A DNA stretch of 54,360 nucleotides, filler included, from Dimargaris cristalligena (lineage: Eukaryota), in NCBI GenBank assembly GCA_003614675.1. It is 2 parts of 2 records of this genome, joined end to end, with 100 filler letters (N's around TTAATTAATTAA, not from the genome) between each part and the next. Parts side by side here need not be neighbours in the genome. Positions count along the whole stretch, not along the records: positions 1 to 27,159 come from ML002522.1; positions 27,260 to 54,360 come from ML002523.1. One strand, written 5' to 3'. Below, in pieces: positions 24,300-35,993 of this stretch. Each line of letters starts with the position of its first letter. Position 1 is the stretch's first letter. Under the pieces are notes generated by a model. That model was not told where the DNA came from. It made no database searches and worked only from the letters and a program-made list of their open reading frames with translations. The translations under genes and the position numbers were made by a program.

Positions 24300-26040
24300 T
24301 TAATTATTAGCTGTAAGATTTTGAATTGATACCCGTTCATAGCCTTGGTCCCCAAAACGCTGAAAACCAAGGCTCACTAAATGTTGAAGACTTTCGAAGT
24401 TTTCGGGGTTTAACTGGCGCGCAAAAAGATTGACATCGAAGGCATCAGGCTTTTGGGGGCCCAAGTCAGGCAAGCAGGCCTTGTCCTGTTCATTAAAACC
24501 CGATATTGGTATCAAGATGCCGATTTGGCCATTGTTCTGAAGGTGGAGATAATTTGGGATGACAAAATCTATGGTTAGCCCTTGGTCCCAATCATTTAAA
24601 CCATCATCATCTTCCTGGTCATCTGCATGGGCGACCTCGGCTAGATTTTCGATAATGGGTGCCACTTCGGTCACTCTTACAAACTCTCCATGGGTCAAAG
24701 GACAGCCCCAGACCGACGCTAAGTATTCCGCACCGTGGTCTAGACCGTAGGCCTGCATTTCGTAAACTAGGGGACATTGATTGGCGAGTCGTCTATTCTC
24801 CGAAAAAAAGTTCAATAACAAATCAAAAACGCCCGTAAAGGTGCCAAGGGCATGGGTCTCGCCAAACATAGCGGCCAATACAATCGCAAAGCGATTGGTC
24901 TTCTGGTAAGCATAATCCGACTGAATATGATTGCCGGAGTGGTGTGCCTCTACGGAGGGTTTAAGATTGAGTACAAATGCTTCCATATCGTTAAATCGTC
25001 CTGTAGTGGCCAGCCGAACCAGGATTAAATTGACCAACGTATTAAACACCTCCAACGACAGTTTAGCTATATGTAAATCGACCCGCAGGCCGTTAACCTT
25101 ACTGCGACCCAAGTTGGCTATCCGATTCCATTCGGTGTGTTCCATGCCCTCCTGTCCCAAATCATGCATGCCCGGGCCAGTTAGAACATCGAGTACCTGT
25201 AGGATATGCATAGGGTCGACCAGGTCGTCCACTATGGCCATTAGGGGTAGCTGTGGAACTAGGGCCGGTCGTTTCAATGAGGTGAGATCAATGAACCGCC
25301 AGGCGTCTTTCTGGAAGATTGGGTCATCCCGGTTATCCTTAAGATATGCATAGTAGTCATAAATTTCAGACCACCGCTTGTTTTCTTCGGTCTGTCGGGT
25401 AGAATCGCTCATGTACTGAAGCATATCCCCCTGGTTTGAATAACTATTTACGAATAGTGTGGTGAATAAGGGTTGGTGAATCAGTTGCTGCCAAATCTGC
25501 TCCGGGCGTTCCAACCCCTCAACGAGCGGTTTGTTGGCCTCCGATAAAGCCAAACCTTTGCACATAGCCATATACTTGCCCTGTTCATGGTCGGTTAAAA
25601 CGAGTAAAAGTACACACGGGGTCAAACAGGATGAACCAGTGGCGAGGGGTTAAAATGAGGTTAGTGTCAGCCAAGGTTAAGCCAGCTAGCCATGCATTCT
25701 AAAATATGATTTCGGATAAATTATGGGTCGGAATACCCTCTCCGTGTTGGCTTAAATATACCGAGACGTTACAATTCTCTTCATTTCCTGACGTGTGACT
25801 TACGATAGTTTGTTCGTATGGATGCTTATTGACAGCAGCACTAAGAATCGTTGATGTTTGGGCCAATGCATCTCGGGTTTCAAAGTATACATCATTGATG
25901 ACGTTGTAGAGAACCTCAAAAGGAAGTTTTTCTAAATGATTCACGCCGTTAGCCGGTGCGGATAACGCTGTCTGTGCTTCAAGCCAGAACGAGAGACCCA
26001 GAGTGGTCAGGCTTAAAAAATGGGTATCCGATAGTTTCAT
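24300..26040 (-). CDS. Lineage-specific secreted protein with N-terminal F-box-like motif; 2 exons (26040-25762, 25580-24300), about 519 aa
   Basis: Signal-peptide-like MKLSDTHFLSLTTLGLSFWLEAQTALSAP, then LEKLPFEVLYNVINDVYFETRDALAQTSTILSAAV. GT..CAG phase-0 intron joins ORFs 25699-26142 and 24300-25625. Confidence 0.75.
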
Positions 26041-26986
26041 AGATGCAAGTTGGGGTCGTCGTGATAATCTACTAAATAGCAACGAGTGCTGGTAGGAAGG
26101 GAGATCGGCGTAAATACATTCGTCTAGGGGAAAAATAGTCAAGGGAGTTGGGGATAGGAAGAATGGGAGTTATATAGCGTTGGGGCGTGTACTTATATGT
26201 ACGGGAAACCATCTTGGGGATAGGGTCGCATGTGGTAGTTTACACAAATAATTACTATACTTGACCTAGTCCCTCGAGTATTTTTACCTCAGCTTCATCG
26301 ACACTGGCGCACTGTAGGCAGACGGCTGGCTGGGAGGGAATTCTTCCATCGCCCCCCAGCATCCCCAGCCACCCTAAGTATGACCCTCTCTCGTGCCTTT
26401 TTATGGAGCTTGTACAACATGCAAAATATATGAAGCTTTTGGTCACTAAAACCAAGCCAGTGTGCATTTGTTACACGCAGACCTTCACCGCGAACCCCAT
26501 TGCGTGGCACGGTCTTACTATTGGCGACCTCTGGGGCACTAGTGCACTAACAGATGGCCCGATTCGCTATATTAGTTACCCGACCACAACTCAATGGTGG
26601 CAGTTTAACACTGACTAGCGGTCGCTGTAAAACCTATGGTTATCTCACTTCGGATGAGAGGTATGATGGCTGGAAATATACCAAGAGGGTTAGAAATAAA
26701 GGAAGCTTGTCGGATAGGGGCAGCGGAAAGCGGTGGAATTTGCTAGTAAAAAAATGTTACGTGGGGCACTTGGAATTTTCCCCAATTGAGGAAATCGAGG
26801 ATGCCCCACCGAAAGATATACTATACATTTGCGCTAATGCTAGATGCATTTTTTTTATCGAAAAGGTATGATTATGTACTGCTGCATAGTGCAGGATTGA
26901 GGGAAGCTTATTTTTATCAATTTCTTTATCGGTTTTATCAAGACCGGATCATTACTATATATATTTCTTTTAATCCGAAACGGGCG

Positions 26987-27159
26987 TCAACATTGAACTC
27001 ATTGCCTAGAAAAAGCCGTTATTGCTGAAACCGTGAGAGGAGGCGATGTTTTCTAGACTATGAGGTCATAAAGTGTTGAAGGAGAATGGTCGAGACGGGA
27101 GAAATCATCGTCAACGACCGTTCGGCCCCCTAGCAATCATTCTATCATAGTCTTGCAAT
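26987..27159 (+). ncRNA. Candidate structured RNA or element end, truncated by the gap; family unknown
   Basis: Several nested complementary stems with G-U pairs, a GAAA loop and a possible pseudoknot (detailed in findings). TATA-like tract at about 26956-26964. Confidence 0.3.
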
Positions 27160-27259
27160 NNNNNNNNNNNNNNNNNNNNNNNNNNNNNNNNNNNNNNNNN
27201 NNNTTAATTAATTAANNNNNNNNNNNNNNNNNNNNNNNNNNNNNNNNNNNNNNNNNNNN
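27160..27259. other. Artificial contig linker: 44 N + TTAATTAATTAA (27204-27215, stops in all six frames) + 44 N
   Basis: Directly visible; symmetric 100-bp design. Confidence 0.95.
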
Positions 27260-27534
27260 CCCCCACTTGTTCCCAAAGCCCCGACTACGGCGGGCATTGC
27301 TGCATGCTGCTCGAGCGTACGGTGGGCGCTGATTAACTTACTAGTTGCCGGGTACGAATCCCCCCCCCCCCCCCGGTCGTTTCAACACAGAACCTTCCTT
27401 GCCTAAGGCCGACTTTGTTTGCTGATTTTGCTTCCTCTTTCCATTACCAACCACCCTTCACCCTATTCCGCTATTTATTTAAGAAAAATTGACTAATCAT
27501 CATATTTGTATGACTATATATACATGGGAAATAG

Positions 27535-30500
27535 ACTCCATCTTCGAGCCCAACATCTACCCGTCGGTCATCACCTTCCTACGCTGTGGCGGTACTCCCT
27601 TGGATGTGGTCAACTACCTGTCGAATAATTATGTGGGACTGGTCCCCATGTGTGAATTGCTAGCCGACGAATGGTGCACCACCCTGGGCCTGAACGGAAC
27701 CCAGATCATTTACGATACCTTAAAATCGGTAATTTTGGAACGCTTTGACCCCGAACAATTCGATAAAAAAACCATGGGCTCATCGGTAAGTTGACTAACA
27801 CTGGGTTGATTCTAAGTATATATATATATATATATATAAGTCTGTCCATGTCGGCTATCATTCAGCCGTCTATACCAATTCCCGGAAATAATGAAAATGA
27901 GGCGGGCATTGGCATTATGGCATGGTGTCATTAAACCTACCACACCGTGGTCGTTGGGAGCATTATATTTATTACCTCTGTCTCTTATATATATATGTGT
28001 GTACACATAGTCGCCGCCGGATTGGCTAGGCCCAATGATTCAGCACCATATCTGGCGTTCGGTGATTTACGAGTTATCCGAACAGTACCCCAAGAGCGCA
28101 TTCCTAAACTTCGCCATTCAGTCCATTTCCGCCGCGGGCTACCAATCGGAAATCACCAGTGCTACCACCGCCTCCAAATACTTTAACGTCTACAGCAATG
28201 TCCTACTCGATGCCATTAAGGACATTAAGGATGTCAATGAAAGTAATTTTCCCGAGAAATTCGAGGTATTCGAGGTAAGTGACGGGAGGGGGGGGTTCCC
28301 TTCCCTTGAGTCAGGGGAGGGGATGGGTTATTCAAAAATGGATTGTATATAAGCCCTGGCCTTCCATTGGTTTTGACTAGTATATAGCTTAGTTTATTTA
28401 ACCGACACTTCCCAAAGAAGATGTAGGTCGTTGGAGGAATCGATTTTTAAGTTCCACGACCTTGCACTAGCCTAATCCTACCCTATGTTTTCCATTATCC
28501 TTTACAATACCCAATCCCTCCCTCATACACACACCCAATGTCACTACGCTGGCTTCAGAGAATCTGTGCCCAAAATGAGCACACTTACCTAATTGCCCAG
28601 GCCTTGCTTAACAAGCTGATTCAAGAGAATCCCGCGGAGAACTACCCGCTTAAGCGGGTGGTTAACGATCTTGGACAGATTACCGCTCAGAAGCACCAAA
28701 AGTACGTTACACCTAGTCTACGACATCATCGATTTGCAACGTTATACTCATCACTACCAACCTGTTCGATTTTAATAAGTTCAATGTACTTACACTTCTT
28801 ACTACTCCCTCTTGTTTTGGTTACATTATCTCTGTAATATCAGCCCAACTCTCCTGGGCAATATGAATGTATTGCTGGCAGGGTTGCCTGTGTACAATAA
28901 CGAAGTATCCACGGCTATCATGTCGATTAAGCAAAAACACGAGCTCTCCCCTGGTGATCTGGTCGCGGTAAGTTGACTGTCTATTCAGCTGTTCCTGGGT
29001 CTACTACCTATCGAACTGTTAGATTTCTAAACAATGTTACCTACATCATTCCGCATTCCCTCTTCCCTGCCTCCTAACTTCATATCCATTATTATCTTAA
29101 TTACTACGATATATCTCGTTATGCTTTTGACCCTTGGCAATTTTCTTAATATATATATATATATATATATCCATATTCCTGATCTTTATTACATCCATCT
29201 AAATCTGTCCATATAGCTTTACAAATCCTACAAGGGCCCTACCCCTCCGTCCATCGAGTACCTCCGGGACATTGAAATCATTGAATTTCTCCTAGTGAGC
29301 GTATTCCAGCCCCCCTCCGATGCCGGTCGGAGTCACTTCGCCACCCATACCGTAGGTCTGCGCCCCGAAATCAAGGACAAGTACCTCTGGCTCCTGGGCC
29401 AAATTATCGGTTCGGCCCCGGCATTTTATCCATCCCCAACCGCAGGGGAGGGCAATGGTCATGACCATGGTCAACAGTCGACCGCGCCCGATTCGGTTAC
29501 TGCCACCGAAGCGACCTACCGCCAGTTGGTGGCTCTCGATAAACTACTCATTAGTAAACCCACCGCCGCGGATTTGGCCCAGTTGACGGGGGTGATTCTG
29601 GATCAATATATCGAGTAAGTTTGGAATTATCCGTTGCCTTTGATACACCGGGGATTATATATATATATATATTAAAGGAGAGGGCGATGAGAGTCCTTTT
29701 ACCAACCCTTATTTAACGACATGTATCCTCTATTGCTATTATTATTGGAATGCTGGCTGAATTGTTTATGGATCATAGCCCCTAAATCTCTAACGATAGT
29801 TCCATCTGCTATTTTTTTTATTGCTACCTCATTCTTTTTATTTCTATGTTTTGGGGGACCCTTTAGTGTCCCGATCCTCGCGGCAGCCGTAATTATCTGG
29901 CTACGCCATGTCTTACAGGATGATAATTATCATTACTACGAAACGTACTTCCGGCTCACTGAGGCCCCGCTCCCGCATTTGCTCCTTGAAGAGGTAAGTC
30001 TGGCTTTGCCGGTAATTTGCCACTAGGTCGCCTTAGAGATGCTTACTTTGCATGGTCAACTATTATCAATATATATATATATATATATATATGGTATAAC
30101 TGATATAACTATCATTTATCCGTTGGTTTTATTTACACTACTTCCCTCCACACATGGATAGATTGCCCACCGGCACCCCGGCCTTCAAGACCGCATCTTC
30201 AGTGCGTACCAAGAGAGCTTCACAGCGCGGATCAGTACCATCGGAGCTGAACTAATGGTAAGTGGCCGTGTTGAATTCCGTAGGGGGCCTCTTATTGAAG
30301 TCACCTACCTAATGCCACAGTGACTGTGTTGACGTGTGCCCAAAGGGTTACTGCTAATACTGCCGTGGGCTGTATTTTCCCACCCCCCTTCTCTTCGCTT
30401 CCCTCCCTTTGCTTTTGGAGAGAACCCCTTATCCCTGCGACATATCTATCCCCCTGTGGCATATGCAGCTTTGCTTCCCCCTTGTTTTGCCCGCAGCATG

Positions 30501-31946
30501 GCAATAATATCTTTTCCTCATTATCGTGCAAAATCCCCCCAATGCCAACCATACTAACTCCCATATTCACTCTGTTATTCCATGGCCCGCCTACCGATGG
30601 ACGGATCCTGTACATTCCATATGTGTATGTGTGTGGGTGGTCCATGCTGCCCATTCCTTCCTTGCTGTATTCCCTTTTCCCGCTCACGCCCGAAACTCCG
30701 ACCAACTCCTATCTCTTACCGCCTGGTGACAAACCCCCTAAACAGACCGCCCTGCAAAAATCGGTCTTGGATCGAATGCTCAATTTGATGGCTATGGGCT
30801 ACGCGTTACCCGTTCTTAACTACGTTAAGCGGCTGCAGGAGAAGATTGACGAAAGTCTGACGGTCCACTTTGTGCGCAAGGTAAGTAGAACTTGGGGCGT
30901 ATACAGGTTGTATTTATTCCCACCGCCCTGCTTAGATATGTTAATATATATATATGTATATGGCGGGGAGCTCAGATGGTAGATCTGAATTAAGTCGATA
31001 TGGGAGTAGTTCAACCAGGCTGTATAACGAAAAGTCCATTTGGGAGAAGTTCAACCAGGCTGCTTAACGAAAAATCCATTAGACCGGGTCACTATTACTG
31101 GTTAAAATGATTTCACCCACATACTCTCACATACACGAATCATGTAAAACCTTATACAGCTGGGCTGAATTTCATCCATATGTTGTAGTGGGGGGTGCCA
31201 TTTGACTAACTTTTTGACCCATGGCCCGACTGCTTTTATTCTGATTTTTACGGTTTATACCACTCCCCTCCCCCCACCCCTTGTACTACTAGGTTTTGGA
31301 CATGATAGCGGTACCTTATTCCAAACGGGTCATCAGCATATTATTGGAAATAGCGGCACCGGTCGTGAATACTATCATCGACGATCAGGACTACCACTTG
31401 GCGTTTTCGCGGTTAATCGGTAAGTGTAGGCATGCACTGCCATAATAGTTCACTTCTTTATTTATTCGATACACCGAAGGATTGGTCTTCCACTTTGCAC
31501 AGTGATATATATATATATATATATTATTTCTTATATTTATTTTCGTAGCATTCGTGCTTAATATATTAGTTCACCATCCTTCCTCTCCACTTTTTTTTAC
31601 AGCTTGGCCCGAGCCAAGGAGCTTTTATTGGTGGGTGGGGGGATTACAGTCGTCCGCAATCTAATGCGTATCGTGGGCTATATTCCTGTTCGCCACTGTA
31701 TTGGGGGTCCATACGCTTCCCGAAAGAATGGCTGATTTTGGCGACCCTAATTTCTCACACCGCTTGCCCATTTTATGATTTACAAAAACTTATTATTATT
31801 GGGTTTTTCCCTCCCGCCACCATTAAGATGACCTAATCGACAGCCCGGAAGACGTTCTTCAACCCGGCGAAACGCTATCCCCGGACACCGTAACCCTGCT
31901 TACATCTATGGAAGAAGAACTACCCGCCAACTCGGCTTTTAGTTAA
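27535..31946 (+). CDS. NELFCD: Negative elongation factor C/D (TH1 family), 5' end lost in the gap; visible exons 27535-27785, 28011-28274, 28559-28701, 28844-28967, 29217-29614, 29867-29993, 30162-30257, 30746-30880, 31293-31419, 31828-31946
   Basis: DSIFEPNIYPSVITFLRCGGTPLDVVNYLSNNY, PDWLGPMIQHHIWRSVIYELSEQYPKSAFLNFAIQSISAAGYQSEITS, EHTYLIAQALL, LDRMLNLMAMGYALPVLNY and VLDMIAVPYS match NELF-C/D blocks as I recall them. All GT-AG introns keep frame (about 594 visible residues). Confidence 0.9.
31001..31178 (-). mobile_element. MITE-like element, copy 3 (178 bp, with 40-bp tandem duplication of one end), inside a NELF-C/D intron
   Basis: TA|TGGGAGTAGTTCAACCAGGCTGTATAACGAAAAGTCCATT repeated twice (31001-31080); other end CTTATACAGCTGGGCTGAATTTCATCCA|TA. 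Confidence 0.85.
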
Positions 31947-33545
31947 GCGTCGATGGAGAAAGGACTACGGTCCGTATTTTACTATCTCCCCCTCCCACTC
32001 TTTATACTCGACATATTCAACATTACTCCCCCCCAACCCACTTCTCTTTCTAAAGCTACAGTAGCTCCTGTGATTGATTTCTTATATGTTCTTGACTATA
32101 TATTTACATATAATAATAATAATACTACTACTAGCTATAGTTATATTCGTTACATCCCGGATTACCTTGTTTTTTATATTATTTTACTGTTTACTCGACC
32201 TACCAAATATATAAATAATCCATTTTCCCCTGTAACTGAAACTGGTAGTAAAAGTCACTCATTTTCGCCATCCCCCATATATAAATATAACTATATATTT
32301 ATACCTTCACGATAGTCCGTAATGTTGCAATAGCCGTATTCTTATTACCGTCTAGCCGAGCGTAGGATCAGCTGGCATATACTGCTTTAAAGGGCCTAAA
32401 CCCTTCTCGGGTATCTGCGATTTTTCTATTATCCCTCTAATATTTTTCTCCTTCTATTACACGTTCTCCCGTACACTCACTCACCCACTCATTTACACAC
32501 ACCCATTTGTTGTCGTCCGCTCTGCCAGTCGTCCCCTCCTTTCATCCCTTTTTCCCTTGGCCCATTTTCTCCCACCATTTGTGATGTCGCCCGCCGCATT
32601 TTTATTCCCACGTAAAAGTTGGCCAACATGGACACGCACCCGTGTACGTGAATGGGCCCGACTGAATGTGGGTAAGTGGGTGTGGTCCCCCCTCCTCCCC
32701 TTCCCATACACTCACAGCCATAAAAATACCAACCTGTGCAGTGGCGATTGTATCTGTGCTGGCATAGTGGCGCCTGTAATAATTGACGTTGTTCAGTCGT
32801 AATGATGCCTTCGTCACTTTCGCTTATTGGATTATTTATTAGTAGGAATGCCCTGTGGCGGGGATTGTGGGTCCACTTTGGGGAGTTTCCCCTGTTTAAC
32901 TGGGATTCCACTCTCCCTCCCCCCCCTGGTCGCCTTCCCCCGATATGACTCTTGTTGATATTAATTCAGAAGGTAGGATTCAAGAGAATAGCGATTTATT
33001 AGGTTATGATACTGGGAAGGGGAAACTGAAGATATAGGACCTGTCCTAAAAGGGAAATTATTAACACAAGAGGTCGAAAATGGGGGAGGGAAACGGCAGT
33101 CTAAAAGGAGACCCATCGATGGCAAAGTAGCGAGATTACGAAGGAGACAAGTGTCGATAGCGGGACTAGGTCCATTTTCCCCATTAGCCCCAACCTTTCA
33201 GAGGTGGGTAGATATAGAAAAATAGATATATAGAGGAGGGATATATTCGATAATGTAATGTCAATCAAACCAGGGTCAGAGTCAAGCGGGAGTACTTTTA
33301 ATGTTTACTATTCAATGCCCTTGATTATACATTGGTTATTTTTTAAAAAAAGACGGATGGGTGAGTAGAGGTGGGTAAGTGGACGAGTGGTGTACGGAGT
33401 ATGGTAGGGGGGAGAGCGCCATAGACCTGCTTAGATCGTCCGATAACGATACTAATACCCAAACCTAACCCAAGCCCGTCTCTTCGAGTGAGAATGCAGG
33501 TGGGGTGAGTATTATATATGTATTTTTCGTTTGATTATGTTCTTT

Positions 33546-33869
33546 TTAAAAGCGACACTGGATGTACATGACGTCCGGCTGGATCAGCTGAACCTCGATA
33601 TCGAAGATGGGGTATTCCTCCTCCAGGAAATCGAGGAAGTAATGGTAGCCGGCTTCCGAAGTCAGAATGTGCGTGGCCTGGTTGAGAATAGAGGTGTCGC
33701 TCATCCGGTGGGCCCAATCGTCGAGCGGGGGCGGGTAGACCGTGACTCGACCGGCACGAATAATGAATACGATTTGCCGGATGTTGCTTTTGAAGCCTTC
33801 GACGGAGATATCCAGGACGGCGCGGGCCAGGGACTCGGGGGGCTGGTAGATAAGGGGCAGAACGTGCAT
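33546..33869 (-). CDS. Small hypothetical protein (107 aa from ATG 33869)
   Basis: GC-rich coding-like island with globular composition (MHVLPLIYQPPESLARAVLDISVEGF...), ACC-ATG context, low-complexity non-coding flanks. Confidence 0.6.
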   Translation of the reverse strand: MHVLPLIYQPPESLARAVLDISVEGFKSNIRQIVFIIRAGRVTVYPPPLDDWAHRMSDTSILNQATHILTSEAGYHYFLDFLEEEYPIFDIEVQLIQPDVMYIQCRF

Positions 33870-35466
33870 GGTGGAGTGTGATGGAGTAGTGGGTACTATG
33901 GGGTAGAGGTAGGTATGGGAGTGGAAGTGGGACGGAGGAGGGGGGGTGTTGGTCAAGAGGAGTGACAAAAGTAGCCGAGACTGAGGGGAAGGGAGAAGTG
34001 GTATAAATGGACGGGGGAGGAGTTGTACGTATGGCTTATTGAATGGGTGGCTCAAAGGAGTCAGCGGGACTTTAAGAATCCTGGAAAAAATAATAATCAC
34101 CGAAGATAGGCTGTTGGATCAGACCCAATTTTGAACGGCCAGGCTGTAAATTAATGAATCAGATCCAGGTGTGGAAGCGAGTGAACGGCCCGAATACAAC
34201 ACAGCCTGATGAACAACTGGGAACTGACAGTGTAAATAATAGTGTAGCGTAGCTTGGGGTTAGAAGGTTGGCGTATGGGGGGACGGGCGTGGGTAATCGG
34301 CGATACGAGGATGAAGGGACGAGGTAAAAGAAGGGAAGGGAAAGGTCAAACCAAAGCCTGTTATATAGAGGTAGGCAAGTCAGACAGGGTGAGCATGAAT
34401 AAACGAATGTTAACTTGGAAGGGCCGGTTGGGGAGGGGGGTGGGCTTATTTATAGCCATGCGTCAGACCTGAGCTAAACGCGATTCGAGTAGGATTCCAC
34501 AAGAGGAGGAAAAAATCAGAGAGAGGACAAGCAAGCATACACCCGTGGCCTCCTTCTCCTCTCTCTGATTTTTGCTTGGCTTTTCTTTAAAAAAATTGAC
34601 CAGGTATACCTGGACATAACAGTATTTTTTAGTGCCATACCAGTTTGCTGGCCTGGAGGGAGAATGGCCAACGGGAGGTGCAGGGCCGTTCTCCCGAAGA
34701 CGCCATCACCCCCGCATATAGCATATAGAGCAAACGCATCGGTTATATAGCGCATATATCGTCCCCATCGCATATACCACCTATAGTGGGTCCTCCTTTC
34801 CATGGACTTATTCCGAGTGGTGGCATAATGCACATTCGGTACGGGATTGTATAGTACTGGTGTGGGTTGGGTTGGAGTGGAGTGGAGTGGGAGAACAGGG
34901 AAAGCGTAAAGGGTGTGTGTTGTGTGGACTACAGCAAGGAAAATGTAAATTAAAGGGTAGGAAGCGAAGGATCTAAAGCTACAGCCGCCCTGAAGTGATG
35001 TGTGGCATAGGATAAAGGCTACCCCGGTCCCATTCGCCAGCAATGTCTGCTGCATGCTGAATGTAGCCCTCAAATAGGGCTAGTGAATCCCTTTTCCACC
35101 GCTCTTCTCCTCCTCCTCCTCCTCCATTTCCCGCCCACTTTACGCCTGTCCTTCTCCCCCTTCTTCGGTACCTCTCCTCCGCATAATGGCCACCCAGCCG
35201 CAGTTGGGCAGGTTTATTTAGATGTGGCTTCACCCCCAATCCCGCGGCACGGTATTATTTTTCTCTTAACTTACCTGGTGATGGTCATACATTAACCTCT
35301 CCCTCCGACCGCCGCCTTCTTTCCCGTTCGCTTGCTTTCCCGGACTTGCCAATATTCCCTTCACCCCCGTGTACTTATTCCGGGGGGAGGGCGGACTCTT
35401 TGGAGGTGATGGCTGTGTTTCACCGGTCACTGTCCGGTGCGTAAACCCCGGGGGGGAGGGTGAGTA

Positions 35467-35539
35467 TAGTCACTAAATGCGGGTAAGGGTAGTATTTTAG
35501 TCGCTAAATGCGGGTAAGAGAGGTATTTTAGTCACTAAA
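35467..35539 (+). repeat. 31-bp tandem repeat, about 2.4 copies, upstream of DMC1
   Basis: TAGTCACTAAATGCGGGTAAGGGTAGTATTT / TAGTCGCTAAATGCGGGTAAGAGAGGTATTT / TAGTCACTAAA. Confidence 0.9.
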
Positions 35540-35993
35540 CCATGCTTTTCAACTACATAAAAGACTACGTAATACTCCGCCAAATAATCTCAACTCTATG
35601 CGCATTCAATCACCCAAGCGGCATGGCATACACCCGAAGCTAGTCCATGTCCATTAGTGAATGATATCTCTAAGCAAAAGTGCGTGGTCACTCAATGCGT
35701 CCCACCAAATTCTTCCCGCCATAAAAATATATGCTCACTGTGATCTGGTCTATATAAACCATGCCGACCCGGGGGACCCCGGTTATGCCACTACTTCACT
35801 TTCCTGTTTAATTCCTAGACCCACATATTGTTAAATTTAAATTTAATCCTCCGTGAGCATATCTCTAGTACAAACCCTCTATTTACCCTATAGTTACCTG
35901 CATCGTACCTAACCTTTCAGGCAGTAGTGTTATCGTGGCCCCATCTACACTCCCCGTCCACTATACCGCATTCAATTTGGCCTGATATATACC

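Noticed and set aside
31001..31080. 40-bp direct repeats resembling a CRISPR array
   Set aside because: Only two abutting units with no spacer, eukaryotic intron context, no cas genes; explained as a duplicated MITE end.
30301..35295. Long ORF-track entries such as 30320-30982, 34516-35073 and 32489-32911
   Set aside because: Low-complexity intronic or intergenic translations; only the NELF exon inside 30320-30982 is real.
35467..35539. 31-bp repeat as a CRISPR-like array or Ume6 URS1 site
   Set aside because: No unique spacers; TAGTCGCTAA differs from URS1 TAGCCGCCGA in the core, so the match is unsupported.
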